Positions 36,429-39,078 of a stretch of 39,078 bases of DNA are shown here, one piece after another; position 1 is the first letter of the stretch; the number at the start of each line of letters is the position of its first letter. The stretch is from the sequence record DRR378314_1401; one strand, given 5' to 3'. The notes beneath the pieces are model-generated. The model saw nothing but the letters and a program-made list of their open reading frames with translations, searched no databases and was not told where the DNA came from. The translations under genes were made by a program, and so were the position numbers.

Positions 36429-38141
36429 CTACTCGTCAGAACCTTCGGCTTTGCGCATCGCAGCACCGAGGATGTCACCGAGGGAAGCACCTGCATCAGA
36501 AGAACCGTACTGTTTGACGGCTTCTTTCTCTTCAGCAACTTCCTTGGCTTTGACGGAGAGTGAAACTTTCCGGGTTTTGTTGTCAATAGAGGTGATTTTC
36601 GCATCCAGCTTGTCACCAACCGCAAAGCGGTCTGGACGCTGTTCAGCGCGATCACGGCTCAGATCACCCTTACGGATAAAGCCAACAACACCTTCGGTAA
36701 CCTCAACATCCAGACCCGCATCCTGAGTCGCTGTAACAGTACAGGTAACGACTGCACCTTTCTTCAGCTCAGCGGCGCCTGCGAACGGATCGTCAGACAT
36801 CTGTTTGATGCCAAGGCTGATGCGCTCTTTCTCGATGTCGATGTCCAGAACCTTGGCGGACACTTCGTCACCTTTGTTGAAGTTCTGAATGGCTTTTTCG
36901 CCAGGCTCGCTCCAGTCGATATCAGACATGTGAACCATGCCGTCAACGTCATTTTCCAGACCAACGAACAGACCAAATTCAGTGATGTTCTTAACTTCAC
37001 CTTTGATGGAGCTGCCAACAGGAGTTGTTTCTGCGAATTTCTCCCAAGGATTATCCAGGCACTGTTTCAGGCCAAGGCTGATCCGACGACGGGATTCGTC
37101 CACTTCCAGAACCATGACTTCAACTTCCTGGGAAGTTGAGACAATTTTACCCGGATGTACGTTTTTCTTGGTCCAGCTCATTTCTGAAACATGGACAAGA
37201 CCTTCAACACCTGGCTCCAGCTCAACAAAAGCACCATAATCGGTGATGTTGGTGACGCGGCCAGTGAATTTGGCGTTCAGTGGGTATTTGGCTTCCAGGC
37301 TTTCCCAAGGATCTGTCTGCAACTGCTTCATGCCGAGGCTGATGCGCTGTGTTTCCTTGTTCAGACGGATCACCTGAACCTGTACAGTTTCACCGATTGT
37401 CAGTGCTTCGGATGGGTGGTTGACCCGACGCCATGCGATGTCAGTGACATGCAGCAGGCCGTCAACACCGCCCAGATCAACGAAGGCACCATAATCGGTG
37501 ATGTTTTTCACAACACCTTCAAGTGTCTGGCCTTCTTCCAGTGTTCCGATCAGTTCCGCACGTGCTTCTGCACGGCTTTCTTCCAGAACAGCCCGGCGGG
37601 ATACAACGATGTTACCGCGGCGGCGATCCATTTTCAGGATTTGGAATGGCTGTGGAATACCTTTTAGAGGGGCAATATCCCGAACCGGACGAACGTCTAC
37701 CTGACTACCTGGCAGGAAGGCAACAGCGCCAGAAAGGTCAACTGTAAAGCCACCTTTAACGCGGCCGAAGATAATGCCATCAACCCGCTCGTTCGCGTCA
37801 AACGCAACTTCGAGTTTTTCCCAGGCTTCTTCACGGCGTGCTTTGTCACGAGACAGAACCGCTTCACCTGCAGAGTTTTCAATCCGCTCCAGGAACACTT
37901 CTACAGTGTCGCCAACTTTCAGGTCGGCATCCTGCCCTGGGGCTGCAAACTCTTTCAAAGGAACGCGGCCTTCAGATTTCAATCCCACATCGATGATGGC
38001 GAGATCGTTCTCAACATTTACTACGGTACCTTTGATAACTGTGCCTTCAAGGCTGTCGCTAGTCCCGTAGGACTCTTCCAGCATGGCGGCAAAATCTTCC
38101 ATGGCTGGCATGCCTTCTTCGGCAGTATTTGTATTGGACAT
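36429..38141 (-). CDS. rpsA: 30S ribosomal protein S1
   Basis: Six S1 repeats (VKNITDYGAFVDLG, DGLLHVTD, RISLGMKQ). Confidence 0.99.
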   Translation of the reverse strand: MSNTNTAEEGMPAMEDFAAMLEESYGTSDSLEGTVIKGTVVNVENDLAIIDVGLKSEGRVPLKEFAAPGQDADLKVGDTVEVFLERIENSAGEAVLSRDKARREEAWEKLEVAFDANERVDGIIFGRVKGGFTVDLSGAVAFLPGSQVDVRPVRDIAPLKGIPQPFQILKMDRRRGNIVVSRRAVLEESRAEARAELIGTLEEGQTLEGVVKNITDYGAFVDLGGVDGLLHVTDIAWRRVNHPSEALTIGETVQVQVIRLNKETQRISLGMKQLQTDPWESLEAKYPLNAKFTGRVTNITDYGAFVELEPGVEGLVHVSEMSWTKKNVHPGKIVSTSQEVEVMVLEVDESRRRISLGLKQCLDNPWEKFAETTPVGSSIKGEVKNITEFGLFVGLENDVDGMVHMSDIDWSEPGEKAIQNFNKGDEVSAKVLDIDIEKERISLGIKQMSDDPFAGAAELKKGAVVTCTVTATQDAGLDVEVTEGVVGFIRKGDLSRDRAEQRPDRFAVGDKLDAKITSIDNKTRKVSLSVKAKEVAEEKEAVKQYGSSDAGASLGDILGAAMRKAEGSDE

Positions 38142-38296
38142 ATTTTGAATTCCTCAAACGATCCGATATCAGGCCAAACCGGTATCCGGCGGATCTATGG
38201 CCACTTGTTTTCCAGTCTTTTCCGTCACGCTTGGAAAACGCTTTTCAAAAGATCCCAGCGTGGGCGGGACCATCTCTATTCATTCCGCTAAAATCA

Positions 38297-39078
<782 letters not shown>

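Overview
Origin-proximal core chromosome of a free-living alphaproteobacterium (Rhodospirillales/Sneathiellales-like; the taxon is inferred from gene order and protein style only). Gene order: rho (5'-truncated), an AT-rich accessory pocket (AbrB-type antitoxin, a Doc-fold protein lacking its catalytic motif, a DUF925-type nucleotidyltransferase), qor, ogt, YyaL, DUF6489, mnmE-mnmG-rsmG-parA-parB with four parS sites (three inside coding sequence), holA-lptE-leuS-DUF3576, porin, sulfotransferase, ThiE-like, yggS, MATE, L,D-transpeptidase, DMT, a sigma54-driven hypothetical gene, ribA, a cenR-like regulator, folC-accD-trpABF-pyrF, an inserted YafY(WYL)/metaxin-like GST pair with a perfect operator, and lapA-ihfB-sppA-rpsA-cmk-aroA (partial). 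The best candidate for an undescribed system is the abrB + pseudo-doc + nucleotidyltransferase pocket, which is tied together by three copies of a 12-bp-periodic operator-like element. The second is an orphan protein with a sigma54/ftr-like (flagellar-type) promoter. No rRNA, tRNA, CRISPR or IS element was seen. All family assignments are by eye from motifs; no database search was run.
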